From Haplodiscus bocki (lineage: Eukaryota), in contig OZ296653.1 in NCBI GenBank assembly GCA_965655095.1, forward strand, positions 6,510,001 to 6,574,000: a stretch of 64,000 nt of DNA. The letters run 5' to 3'. Each line of letters begins with the position of its first letter. Positions within the stretch are counted from its first letter, which is position 1. A program made the translations under genes and the position numbers. Below, piece after piece: positions 52,571-64,000 of the stretch. Below the pieces are notes generated by a model, which was not told where the DNA came from, ran no database searches, and saw nothing but the letters and a program-made list of their open reading frames with translations.

Positions 52571-53709
52571 GTACCACTGATTCCTTCTCACCATTTTTAA
52601 TAGATGCTTTCACTTCGGTAAAAATGCCCAATTGTTGCGCCGACTAGTTTTTTTCACCGTGTCGAGAAATGTTTCACGAAAATGAAGAAGCAATATTTTT
52701 TGTATTCCCGAAAGTATCAATTTCGAGAACATGTTTCTACTTAAAAACTAATCCATTAACGAAATGTACGCGAGATTTTTTGTATTCCCCGAAGAGTGAC
52801 CATGACATAAAGCGGCCTTTCGATCCAAATAGTTTAAATCATTTTCCTTTCAATGATTATTCCTTTTCATCTTTGCAAAAAAGGAAGAGAATGGAACCTC
52901 ATACAAGCATTATGGCTACTGACTCTGCAACATTTCGGACCAAAAGTTTAAATTGGGCCAATTTGTTCCGATAATTAACTTTACCTAATTAGAAAACAAA
53001 CATACGCGTTTTTATCAACTTACAATTCGCCTATTCTTTTAGACGGGAAAGTTGAACGTACTTTAACATTGACTAACCTCGTGTATGCAGCGTAACGAAT
53101 AAACCAAATGATAAAAACATATTGTTTTGATCAGATTGGCAAAATGCGTGTAAACAAATGACGCAGTCACAATGCGTTCAAAATGGGTACACCTTTCAAA
53201 CTTGAATGACGTCAAAACGAAATCAATATACTAGAGACATCCTATTACATAACTTTTGAAGTCGAACAGGACAAATAACCAGCTGCACCTAATTTTAACT
53301 GACGGTTTGGAACTTGACTAAAAGAAATCAGATTCAATTTGCATCTCACTAGGACAGCAACCTTGAAGGGACTTTGATTTCTTGTCACTGGGTTTGAACA
53401 TTTTTCTAAATGGTTAGTCAGCCCTTACTCCAAATGTACTTCCGATCTCACAAAACACAGTGCCTCTTGCATTAAACTGTACAGTCAATCATGTTAATCT
53501 TCTGAAACCCAGTCCGGGAGTCTGCAAGGAGGCGTCACGACAAAAAATCAAGTATCTCTTCATATGCTTTTTTCATGTTTTTCTCAAAAACTATCGAATT
53601 AAAAAATACGAGAACTAAAGCTGAGTTATATTCAAAACAAATTTAACACAAAGAACAATTGGATATAATACAGGTGAAAGTTTAAAATACTTTACAAAAT
53701 CAAAATTGT

Positions 53710-54560
53710 TCGAGAGTCCGTTAAGCGCGAGCTCAATTTGACTGTTTTGGTAACCCTCGAGGATGTTCTTAATTGTAAGGGTATTTTTTTGGGAATTCCT
53801 TCCCCGCTTGCAAATTAATTAGTTTGTTCTTTGCCACGCTTTGTTCTCGTCGCAGAAAATCAATAAATTTGAAAATTGTAGGATAAACATATCCTAAACT
53901 TCCTTTTATGGCACGGTGCCACCCTTCAATAGCGTTTTTGGTTTTTTGGCGCATTTCTTTGGCGTTTTCAAATTGGCACCAAATTGAAGGCGCGAAGGAG
54001 GCCTCAGTTCGACTCCCTAGCTAAATTTTTCTCCCAACCGCGTAGCCTCAAAAAAACTCACTAAATCTGCAAGTTTTTCATTTGTCGTCTCGGCTGTAAA
54101 TTCCTTGAGTTCTTGAAATCCGAGAGAGATATCTTTTTCCGGGATTAGTGCAAGAGCTTCCATCCACTTCCCATTTTGCGGAGAATTCTAGTTCTTGTAA
54201 GTTTTGCCTAGTAAAAATGAAACGATTGGCATATATTTATGCGCAGCAACTCTTGCGTCGAATACGACGCACCATTGTTCTTTGATTAAGCATTTGAGCA
54301 ACTGCCTCTTCAGTTGAGTTGTTGGTTGACATCTGTACGACAACTCTCGGTGGTTCTAAGCATTGTGCAGCCCTGCTTTCTATTGCTTTTTCACTGTGTA
54401 CTAGCTCCTTTTTTGCAGGGTTGGCTTCATGGTAGTGAGGATTGGTTAAAAGAAACTCGAAAGAGCGTTCAATGGTCTTGTCAACACCTTTGCAACGTCT
54501 ATCTGTGCATCTCCACATCGCGATTGAAGTGTTTTCATTTTTCCGTTTTAGGAAGAAGCG
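53710..54560 (-). mobile_element. Second MULE/FLYWCH transposase relic with internal deletion
   Basis: WRCTDRRCKG...PHYHEANP (FLYWCH) followed closely by LALIPEKDI..GF and KTKNAIEGWHRAIK....PTIFKFIDFLRREQ (MULE C-terminus). The DGTF core is not seen. Confidence 0.85.
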
Positions 54561-57500
54561 TCAAAAAACAAAAAAAAACGAAAACACTGAGCACTTCTTA
54601 AATCTAAAAAATTTTCCGAAGTCTTCAACACAAACTTGCGTTTCTGAAGATTTTTTCCGTTTCATAATCTTTGATTGATTCCGAAAAAAAAACGGTTGTC
54701 CTCAATTCTGGACAAGTTTGTCGAAGATACAGACGGCAAAAGAAAATTTATTCGATTTGAAAAATTTGGACCAATTGCAGCCAATTTCTTAATGTCAGCT
54801 AAGCAAGTAAATATTGATCAATACTAGTTGTTAATGGCCAGAAAAAAACGTTTCCAGCATGAACACCAAATACGCTGCTGAACACCCTTGACACGGCTAT
54901 GGTCCAATTATCCCAGGAAAAATTTACGTGTGTTTGTTTTTCGCTTTCCACTAATGCCTTATGGTCATAGTGAGCTTAGGAAGCTCCTCCACTAAGCATA
55001 TTCGACAAATAAAACTTGATCAAAAAGGCTCATTGAGAGCCATCATCGATCGAAGCTGTTTTTCAAATCATACATATATATCGCATAAATATAATTGAAT
55101 TACATCAATGGATTTTCATCACCCAACCCTGGGAAGAAGACGCATCTACTGATAAGGGTCGACGCCATTTGGGGAACAGCTTGCTCACAAAAATTGAAGA
55201 GTCTTTGCAACAGAACATAGACGCCTGCCTCAATTCTCTGCCACTCATTTTGTTCATATCATACAAGTTGTCTGAAAAAAGAAATATCTATACTAATCTC
55301 TCAATTTCAACCCTCATTTTGAGACTCTTCAAAGCGCTGAAAAAATTGCAATTCTCCATGGTTAACCCATTACTTAACGACGCTTTGGGAATCAATAATT
55401 CTCCGGCGCCCGAATATAGCCACCGGTGCTTGGACTTCGAAGCGAGTGATTTGAAAGATTTGCAAATTAACCTTCAAATAGTACCGAAAAAAAGTCAATT
55501 TCAGCGCTAAGGAAGTAACAAAGTCAAAGGAGGAGTCGAGCCAACTTCACGTATTGTGATAGATAAAGACAAAGATATTGAACAAAAAAGTTGAAAAAGC
55601 ATGTATAAAAAGGGAAGTGTAAAAACCTCATTTTAAAAAACTAGAACATATCTTGTATTACCTAGCATCCGACAAAAACAAACGGCCACTAAATTAATGA
55701 TGAAGATTTCAGCGATAGACTAGATAACCACAGAGGCAAAACGAATTATTACAAAAAAAATTATAATAACATAAACGAAGTCGGATTGAAACTCAATCTT
55801 TACCGCAGTTGACAATTCATTCCACTGAAATCTTCCGAGCTTCTCAGCTGAAAATATAGGCCACAAATAGTTGAATCACCTCTAGAAGGGTTGAATTCGA
55901 AGTGTCAATGAAAAAATCATTTTTGATAAAAGTCTTGAATTTAACAAAAAAAAATCCTATCCGTAGAAAAATTCAAAAATAGGCTCCAGCTACTCCACAG
56001 ACACTCTAGATGGCCAGAAAGTGAATTAGCGCCCGACTGAGCGAATCCGACCAATATTCGTTGACCACAACAAGTTTATCGAACGAAAGCAAACGCGTCC
56101 TCAATTTTTCTTGAATTCCAGTCGAGATGTCGCAACAAAATCCAAACAAAAGCGTTCAAAGCTAATAAACAGGAACTTTAGAACGAAATTGATTGAGACA
56201 GCGCTACTTGGACACAATCCGGAATAGCAAAGAAACTTGCAGTTATGTACGGTCGGAAAAAGTCTCGGCTTTTCCCGATTCCAAGACTCTTGCTGGACTG
56301 CAAGATTTCCAAGCGGCGCAGAATATTCTACTCATCTTCTCCGGCTTTCTAATCACAAGTCGAACTATTTTGAGCGGGAATAATATTATAATGTAATTTT
56401 TTCTCAAAAACTTGAAATAAAAGCATCCAGCATGCTAGGCAATAAGAGCCATGAAATGAGAAAGGTGAAAACGGAAAAGGGAAATTTAGCAAAAATCAAC
56501 TGATAATACCGAAGAATAAAAAAATGCAAATTAAATGGACTAATCAAGTTATTTGAATCAAACACTACACCTACTGAAAAAAGCAACAAGCGAATGATGA
56601 TGTAAAGAGCCATAAAATGTACTGGATTGAATTTTTCTAATAACTGAACTATATCTATCTACTTCAGAGCCATCCACGAATCCATTTGCAAACAGGCACG
56701 AGTAAGCCATAGAAGAAAAGGAAAAATTAGCCTTTAAGCTTATCAGCTTAATGCTCAAAAAGAGTCATCAGATATTAATGTAAAAGGAGCAATTTTTCCA
56801 GCTTTTCCCCAAAAGGGTAGCTAAAAGCTCATAGATAACTTTGTATTCCCAAAGCTCCTTTAAAAGGTCTGTCTCGGTTCGACAAAATTGAAGCTCTTTT
56901 CAGAAAAGGTTGAAATATATACGGTAGTAAAGAAGCTGAAATGGGAAATTCAGCGGAGAATTATGATTTTGCGACGTTTTCTTCAACAAAAACAGAGCCA
57001 ATATTCAGTTGTTCAGATAGCAAAGATAGTTGGAAGTGGGAGCATTCCACTAATTCTGCGAAAGAAAAAGTGATTGAATGTTCTTAACTCGTCAAAGATA
57101 CCTCACGCTGCCTATATTCTGCTCCTTTTACTTTCAACTGGGAAAAATTAAGGTCCTTGATTATTTGCCGGCATAAAACTCTGAATAAAGTCAAAAAATG
57201 CTTTCTCCCCGATATTTCCTTCGAAAACTCCCAACAAACACAAGCAGACGACCAAAAACTCAATAACCAGAGTTATAAAATTTAATGCATGGAATAAGGT
57301 AGATTCTAGAATCTGTGAAAAAAAGCAAGTCTTTGGATGAATTTTCAAGGTTTGCATTGACAAAAAGATGTCTTCAGAAGATGGAAAACATTGAAGAAAC
57401 CTCGAATTGTTTCTAAATCATATCTAACGGTGTTGAGGAAAGTTTCAAGATTATTTTCTCGCTGGAAAGATTATAAATTTAAAATATCTTTTCAGCCGTG

Positions 57501-59076
57501 GTGAAAAAATAATAGGAGCGTGTCGAAAAAAGTTTCCACCACACAGTCTGGAAGAAGCAAATCTGAACTGATTTTTAGTAGATAGGGTGCAGAGAAAGAC
57601 TGCCGTCATGACTTTGATTGAGCGCGCTTTGTTAGTAGTGCGCAAATTGATTGATTGAACGCTACCTGCAAAAAGTTCAAATTTTGAAAGGATAAAGCAA
57701 TCTCCACTCGAGCAAAAAAAAACGATTTTGTACCGGTTCTTCTTTGGAAACACACAAAATTCCCAATTCAGATAAAAGATAAATATTCTCTGAAAAAACT
57801 ATATTTTATCAGTTTCAACTGTCCGAAAAAAGTGTTGCCCACCTGCTCCTAAAGGTAAATAGGCCGGGAGATAAAAGTGTTTCGAAAAAAAAAACGATTA
57901 TCCGCCAGCACGAGAAATACAATATTTCAAAATGTTTCGTATAAAAAATCCATGGCGGAGTCTTCGAAAAAAAATTCGGCAGGAAAGTAGCTCATCATGC
58001 AAATTTTTGTATGAAAAAAATTTTAGGTACCACAATCCTACTCGGAGATAGAGATGTTTCAAAAAATTACGAGATGACACGTTTTCTGCGAAAATTCCAT
58101 TCGCTCGAAGCCTTGAAAAGACTTAGAAGCTGGTTTCAATAACATATGCTTCCCTTCCTTCAAAATGTGTAAAAACAGTATTAGAGACTTTCAAATGTTC
58201 AAAAATCAATTTTTCCATGCGTAGAGGAAAGGCTTAAAGCATTTTTTGGGGAAAATTTCAAATTTTACATGTTTTGTGCATGGTGAAGTTTTTTCAGACG
58301 AAGTCCGAGGATGTTGAGAGAATGAGAAATGGTGACGACAAAATACTACCAGCCATTACGCGCTGCATTGGAGTCGCCTCGCAGTAAGTTGAACCAAACC
58401 TGATTTAAGGAAAGAGCAAATTTCACAAAGTCACATTACAACCACAATTGCTGCGATGTAGCCGAGCGTGTCTGCAAAAAGGTCAAGTGATAGTGTGATG
58501 ACATCGATATCAAAAATGGGATGTTAGATCAGAAAATGAAAGTCTCGAAAAAGCCTTTTAGTACTAGCCTATCGAGCACCAGGATCCTCCAGAATAATTT
58601 GCATTGCACTAAAATTTTACGAAAACTTAAAAAAGAAATAAAAAACTCTATAGTAACATTTTTTTACTGAAATGAAGATCCGATCGAAAAGTATAACATC
58701 ACAGTTTTGAAAAAAAAAAGAAAACTTAGAGTAGCGAGATTTGAATCTAGACACTTTTTTTTATTCTCCTTTCAGTCCGGATACCGTGGGTGAAGTTTGC
58801 GAAAAATTCAGTAATTTATATTAACCTTTTTATTCTTTGACCGTATTTCAAAAAGTTTTGAAATATCAATACAATCATTCAATTTCATTTGCATTCAAAT
58901 CAATTTTTTCAGAAACAAAATCAAAAATCATATTCTGGTTCGCTTAGCCAGCAGTAAATGAAAGAAAATAAATTTAATACTTTCGAAAAAATGGCAAAGA
59001 ATGAAAGATAGAAATTCAGTTTTGCTGGCACCTCTGAAAATGCAACAAGAAAAGTTCTTAGCTTCAACGATTCTGT

Positions 59077-59419
59077 TCACGTGCTTGTAGAACTAGAGCT
59101 GAAATAGTTTTTGCAGAATTCAATCATAGTCCGTGTGGGTCTCCCGCTCATACCCTTGCCAGTGCCCCCCAGAAGGTTTGATGATTCGGAGGCAGGGGGG
59201 TGGTTGTAGACTCCAGCTATGTCGAGATGGGCCCAGTGGGGACACTTCACAAACTGGGACAGGAAGGCGGCCGCGGTACAGGCTCCCCCGTCTCTGGAAC
59301 CAGATGCACCCTTGGCGGTGTTGATGACGTCAGCAAGGGTAGAATTGGTGACTTGGTCCACGTAATAAGTACTCAAGGGCATTCGCCACACCTGGTCCCC
59401 TGTCACGTGACCACTCTTC
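59077..59419 (-). CDS. LAP3: M17 cytosol/leucine aminopeptidase, last coding exon
   Basis: TGDQVWRMPL...ADVIN...GGACTAAAFLSQFVKCPHWAHLDIAGV...GMSGRPTRTMIEF. Acceptor tttcttcAG|G (phase 2) matches the upstream donor. Confidence 0.93.
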
Positions 59420-59899
59420 CTGAAGAAATAGAAAAAATAGAAAATACAAAATTAGAGAATCGTTTCTTCAATACCTTGGCAAAAATACCTTAATGATTTT
59501 AGTTCAGTCAAGCCATGTCTGAAGTGTAGTTTTTTCAAATATTTGTTGCTGTCAAGTTTTTGGGAATCAGAATGTTCATGTTTCATGATGACTTTTCACT
59601 TGGATGATTAACTAGTGAACATGCAGTGTGCTATCGCCAGTTTGAGCTCATGAAAATACACACAAAAGTCCAAGAAAACTTCACTATTCACTAAAATGCT
59701 TCTGTAGAAAAATGTCGTAGGAAATTCTAGATTTTTCTAGATTTCTCCATCTCATACTTTCACATGAATTTGCACTTTGCTAGAGAATAACCATGATCGT
59801 TACAAAATGAAAACCGATCATAAGAATTTTGAACAATTAACTGCCTGTCAGCCTTTACACTTTTTGCGCAAATGCTTCATTGAGACATGGTAAATGAGA

Positions 59900-60652
59900 C
59901 ACAGAGGCGAAGCAGAGATTCGCAACACATTCTGACCTGTTAGTTGAGATCAGAAATCTTAAACAAATCAAAAGCCCTGAGAGACATTTGAACCTTGATG
60001 GGATACACCATTGACAATTTCCAAAATACTACACCAGAGGTCCGTCAAAAAGTTGTTGGAAAAATTGAATTGAAACAAGAACCTGTAACAGTGTCTGATA
60101 CTCGAAAAGTTGATCTGTCAATCACGGCTTTTTAGATTCTTTATTTTGCGGCCCAATCTTCAAAAGACTTACGCAACAAACAACGCCAAAAAATAAACGA
60201 CACTATGTGTCGTATAAAAAATTACATGAAAAACTTCAAGCACCAAATGGCCAATGCTGTCAACAAGAGGTTAAAACAACTTCAAAAGTTTTTTTCATTT
60301 CCGATGTCTTCCTTACTAAAATTAACCATTGTCAGAGCTATAAAATTTTACAAGTAATGTTTTTTGGGGACAACTAATACATTACCCACACTGTCTAATA
60401 TTCAGAACATTGTCATGTGAAACATTAATCTTTAGAACGCAGTTGTTAATTTTTCAAAACAATGCTTTGAAACTTTGCACAGTTCAGGACGCGAAAAAAA
60501 ACAAGTCCCTGCCAACATTTTTGAAAAGGGCCATTTTTGACCGTCCACACTAGATGGCTCTTTTGATGACGTCACAAAATGAAAATTTTAGGCAGGATGG
60601 AAACTATGCAAAAGCCTATCAATACAAATTCTTCCTTTCAGTCAGAATGTGT
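59900..60652 (-). repeat. Dispersed repeat family B, copy 3 (longer, internal insertion) in the LAP intron
   Basis: AGAGGCGAAGCAGAGATTCGCAACACATTCTGAC ... TTTCAGTCAGAATGTGT. Confidence 0.75.
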
Positions 60653-61135
60653 TTAAAAAAATCAGTCATATCGCTCGGACCGAAATGAGAAAACGTTCAA
60701 TATTTCAAGTGAACGTTTGCTAATTCCCTTATGCATAAGGCGTTTCCTGAAAATATCTTCAACGGTCAATTTTCGAAAACTCCACGTGCTGTCTCAATGG
60801 ACCTGTGATCTTCAGGTAACGAAGTATTCATTAGTTTCCGATACATCGGATGCGCCAAACGAAAAACTTTCAAAGAAAACCGTAAAAACAGCTTAAAAAA
60901 CAGGAGTCAAAGATGCTAAGCATTGAGCACTGGGAATTTAGCAGAGTAAAAAAATGGAAAAGAGCCACAATTATCAAAATTTGATACCTAATTTTGAAGA
61001 AGCAGCAAGATGCGACTTAAAAGGACTAATTTGAAGAATATTTAAATCAATTGTTCGAGGAGTCAATAAAGCGCGGAAGAAGCCACAGAGTGAAGGGGAA
61101 TATTTACTTCGAATCGAGAGAATTAAAAACAAATA

Positions 61136-62252
61136 GGAGGAAGGAATAAGATCTAATCAGCAAAGTGGACTAAAATATAATGGAATAAGATCTGAAGGTA
61201 ATCATTTCGAGAAAAAGATCTAATGGAATAAGATCTGAGGGACTATGATCTAATCGGAGAAGATCTGTGGAAAAAAGATCTAATGTATTAAAATCTGAGA
61301 TAATGAGACCTCGTACATCTCAAATATCGATATTATCAGCCAAGATCAATCAGCTGACAAAATTTCAGATCAACATGAGCAATGAATTCATTTCAAAAAG
61401 ATGCACAAATAATGCAAAGATAATACAAAAATTATTCGAATAAAATACATTGGAGCAAAAATGACAAAAACCATTGTAAATCGCCAAAACCAATTACCAT
61501 GTTATTGCGAACTGAATATTCATGCCGTCGTTGTGAATTGGATACGATGAAGGCATAGAACATAGGAATTAAAACGTCAGAAAACAAAATGCATCATTAG
61601 CCTCAGGTAATTTTTTTGGCAAAATTCTAGAAGTATCATCCGTGTCTGAATAACGGACATATTTTGCATCTGCTGACAAGTCATTTTACCGGAAAACAGT
61701 AGAAAAAAATCATCAGCGACTTTGCCCATTTCGCTAAAACGCGGTGCAATTGCTGCAGATCTCCTTAAAGAGCATTTTTGAATCCTTCAGGATTTGCGGG
61801 TATGGGAGGTAAATTGTTTTTCCTGCGCTTGATCAATGCCCATTTCAGTTTCAAAAAAAAAGTTGAATATTGGAGTACAGGGCCGCAAAAATGTCATAGC
61901 TGTGAGGTGTGAAAGTTGAAACTGCAGTTGAACTTTTCTCGACTTCGGACACCCAGGTTTCATGTTGGCATTTAATATTTCCATAGAAACGGTTTTCTTG
62001 GATGAAAGCAAAGCCTTTACAGCCATCTCACATCGAAGGCCCTTAATCTATTTAGGGCTTCGGAATCGTTTTTCGTATAAATGAAACCTTCAAAACCAAA
62101 ATTGACTGAGCCTCTTACTTCTTCAAAATTTGACATTGCAAAATTTCCCGCATGAATTAGATCTTATTCCACGTTAGATCTTGTTCAACCACAGTGCAAC
62201 TGACCTTGTCAAAATTTTAGACACTATTCCATTAGATCTTATTCCACCCTCC
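61136..62252 (-). mobile_element. Foldback-type MULE derivative with tandem GGAATAAGATCTAAT subterminal repeats
   Basis: Left end GGAGGAAGGAATAAGATCTAAT with arrays at 61136-61285; right end ATTAGATCTTATTCCACCCTCC with inverted units at 62156-62252. Internal FLYWCH-like remnant EGFIYTKN...RCE/DGCKG. TSD is imperfect. Confidence 0.75.
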
Positions 62253-62982
62253 AAATACAAATGAATGAGAATAAGTAAAAATTAGTTCGCTTCACTCTCT
62301 CACTCAGTCAGTTAGTCACGAATCAATTTCCAAAAAGAGCGAAGCAGCACGAAAATGCGAAGAAAATGAACTCTTGCTACGAGCTTAATGCCCAAAAATT
62401 TCTCGGAGAGTATTGAGCGTAGAGTAATCCCACAGCGAATTAATGAATTATCTCATGACTGCTTCGTTCTGTATGACATTTCAGAATTTGAAACAAGAAG
62501 ACCAAGCGTAACAGAGTCAAAATAACCACGGGGATCCCCTTCTTTCAGTGCTGAAAATTTTGCAAAGCCATTTGATAGGCCTTACAAAGTCTATTGTTCC
62601 AAGTTTTTCAGGACACCATTTTCTCCAAATAGTATGTAATAATGAGTATCGGGAGAAAAAGTAAAGCGGAGCGAACAATTGGTCATCGACGCTCTGAAAA
62701 AAAAACGAAATTCATTGCAATAATCGGGTACGTTTCTTTCGGAAAGCGAAAGTTCAAAAGGAGTAAAAGCCTCCAGCAATCACTAAATTCCTGAAAAATG
62801 ATGCGCCCATGGTTGGAATTATTTACACGTTTTAACCTCAACTCTTCCAGATGTCTACCGCTTCGGCGAATATTGGAAATAAAAAACGTTTAAGGCAGGA
62901 ACCAAGTACGCAACGGCGTAAGAACTGCGTGAGCTCTAGGAGCATTGAACAAAAAGTTGTTGAAAGGGTGGCGGCAGCTCAC

Positions 62983-63284
62983 TTGAGATTGTCGAATAAT
63001 TTGTTGGTGGTGCAGAAGGTTCCAGTGAATGCAGCCCCGAGAGAGACCACCATGGCTCCAGTGAGAGTGGCCATGTCAACCACCGCACCGGGCTTGAATG
63101 AGTCACTGTAGTCCAACACATCGGCCAGCACTACTCTTCCCTCCGCATCCGTGTTGTCTATCTCTATCGATTTGCCACTCCTCGACACGATGACGTCACC
63201 CGGCTTGTATGCTGTGCCTGAGGGCATGTTTTCGCAAAGACCCATTAGACACACTAGTCTGCCGTGCACGTTCAACCTCATGGC
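62983..63284 (-). CDS. LAP3: M17 cytosol/leucine aminopeptidase, penultimate coding exon (catalytic NTDAEGR motif)
   Basis: CENMPSGTAYKPGDVIVSRSGKSIEIDNTDAEGRVVLADVL...DMATLTGA. Acceptor ggattcAG|GCC and donor CTC AA|GTGAGC. Confidence 0.95.
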
Positions 63285-64000
63285 CTGAATCCAAAACCGC
63301 ACATAAAGCATTTAATGAAAGCAATCATGAAGTGGCAACTCCAAAATATGTGACGAAAAGAAACTCCCATCTTAATACATTCATTCAAACTAAATTCAGA
63401 ATTGTACACTTTTCATCTGCAATAATTTTATCCCTCCCTAAAAGTTTAAAGCAAACATTGCTGTAAAATAAAGAACTTTCAAAGAAGTGTTTGAGATTAC
63501 TTTTTTAAGAAATTTCCAATTTTTTCAGAATTACGCAAAATTACGTGTCCATTTATTCACAATAAGTTGCCTTCCCTCCTCAAGCAACTGTAAAGGACAT
63601 GTTCACACCAAGGGTACTTTCAAATGTCCCACTTTTGAGTCATAGCTCTTCCAGCTTCATTCAAGTTCGATGCAATTTCACCGACAAGTACAAGAAACTT
63701 AACATTTTTTGTGAGCAATCTTCAAAAACGAAACTTGATTACAAATAACTCGTTTATATCTATTTCCTTGTCGGTTATTTGGAGAGCTTTTTAGTAGCAG
63801 TTTGATGATTGTAATTTTAATTGAAGAGTTGTGTTCAGTTACAGCAACAGTCTTTTCAAGTATTGCACAGTAGAGACTCCAAGGCAGTGCTGTCCCTTCA
63901 AATAATTGTTTTAAAACAAGTTTAGAATTTTTAAATCAGAACGTTTCGTTTAAAAAGCGAAAGTTCAAAACTTCGCTGTTTAAACCATGATTGAAACACA

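Noticed and set aside
55100-57100. Possible L1/Tx1-like RT relic
   Set aside because: Motif matches too degenerate to support a call.
58298-58384. Possible + strand exon (tttttcAG...CA|GTAAG) continuing the inverted LAP exon
   Set aside because: The phase-compatible frame hits a stop, and the open frame is not LAP-like.
62851-63111. Antisense ORFs over LAP, SURF1 and LINE coding regions
   Set aside because: Shadow ORFs of real coding sequence on the opposite strand.

Overview
This is AT-rich, intron-containing eukaryotic (animal-type) genomic DNA, mostly decayed transposons. I found no prokaryotic system, CRISPR array or rRNA. Host genes: (1) a four-exon SURF1 (cytochrome c oxidase assembly factor) on the minus strand, ~51385 to 36625, with phase-consistent splice sites but a mitochondrial-targeting-like N-terminus that is out of frame by one base; (2) the last two exons of an M17 leucine aminopeptidase (LAP3-like) on the minus strand (63284-62983, 59419-59077), whose 5' part lies beyond the window; (3) a low-complexity exon of an unidentified minus-strand gene (5620-5140). 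The most unexpected observation is a further intact, splice-site-bounded LAP exon on the opposite (+) strand at 52420-52570. It lies 6.5 kb past the LAP stop codon and encodes a segment that normally comes before the two minus-strand exons. Mobile elements include a full Mutator/FLYWCH element with 9-bp TSD, two further MULE relics, a hAT deletion derivative with 8-bp TSD, a degenerate RTE-type LINE, a piggyBac relic and a possible Academ relic. There are also three dispersed repeat families sharing a Helentron/HINE-like layout (subterminal inverted repeats plus a terminal hairpin), tRNA-like SINE heads and a ~120-bp satellite-like repeat. All assignments were made by eye; no searches were run.
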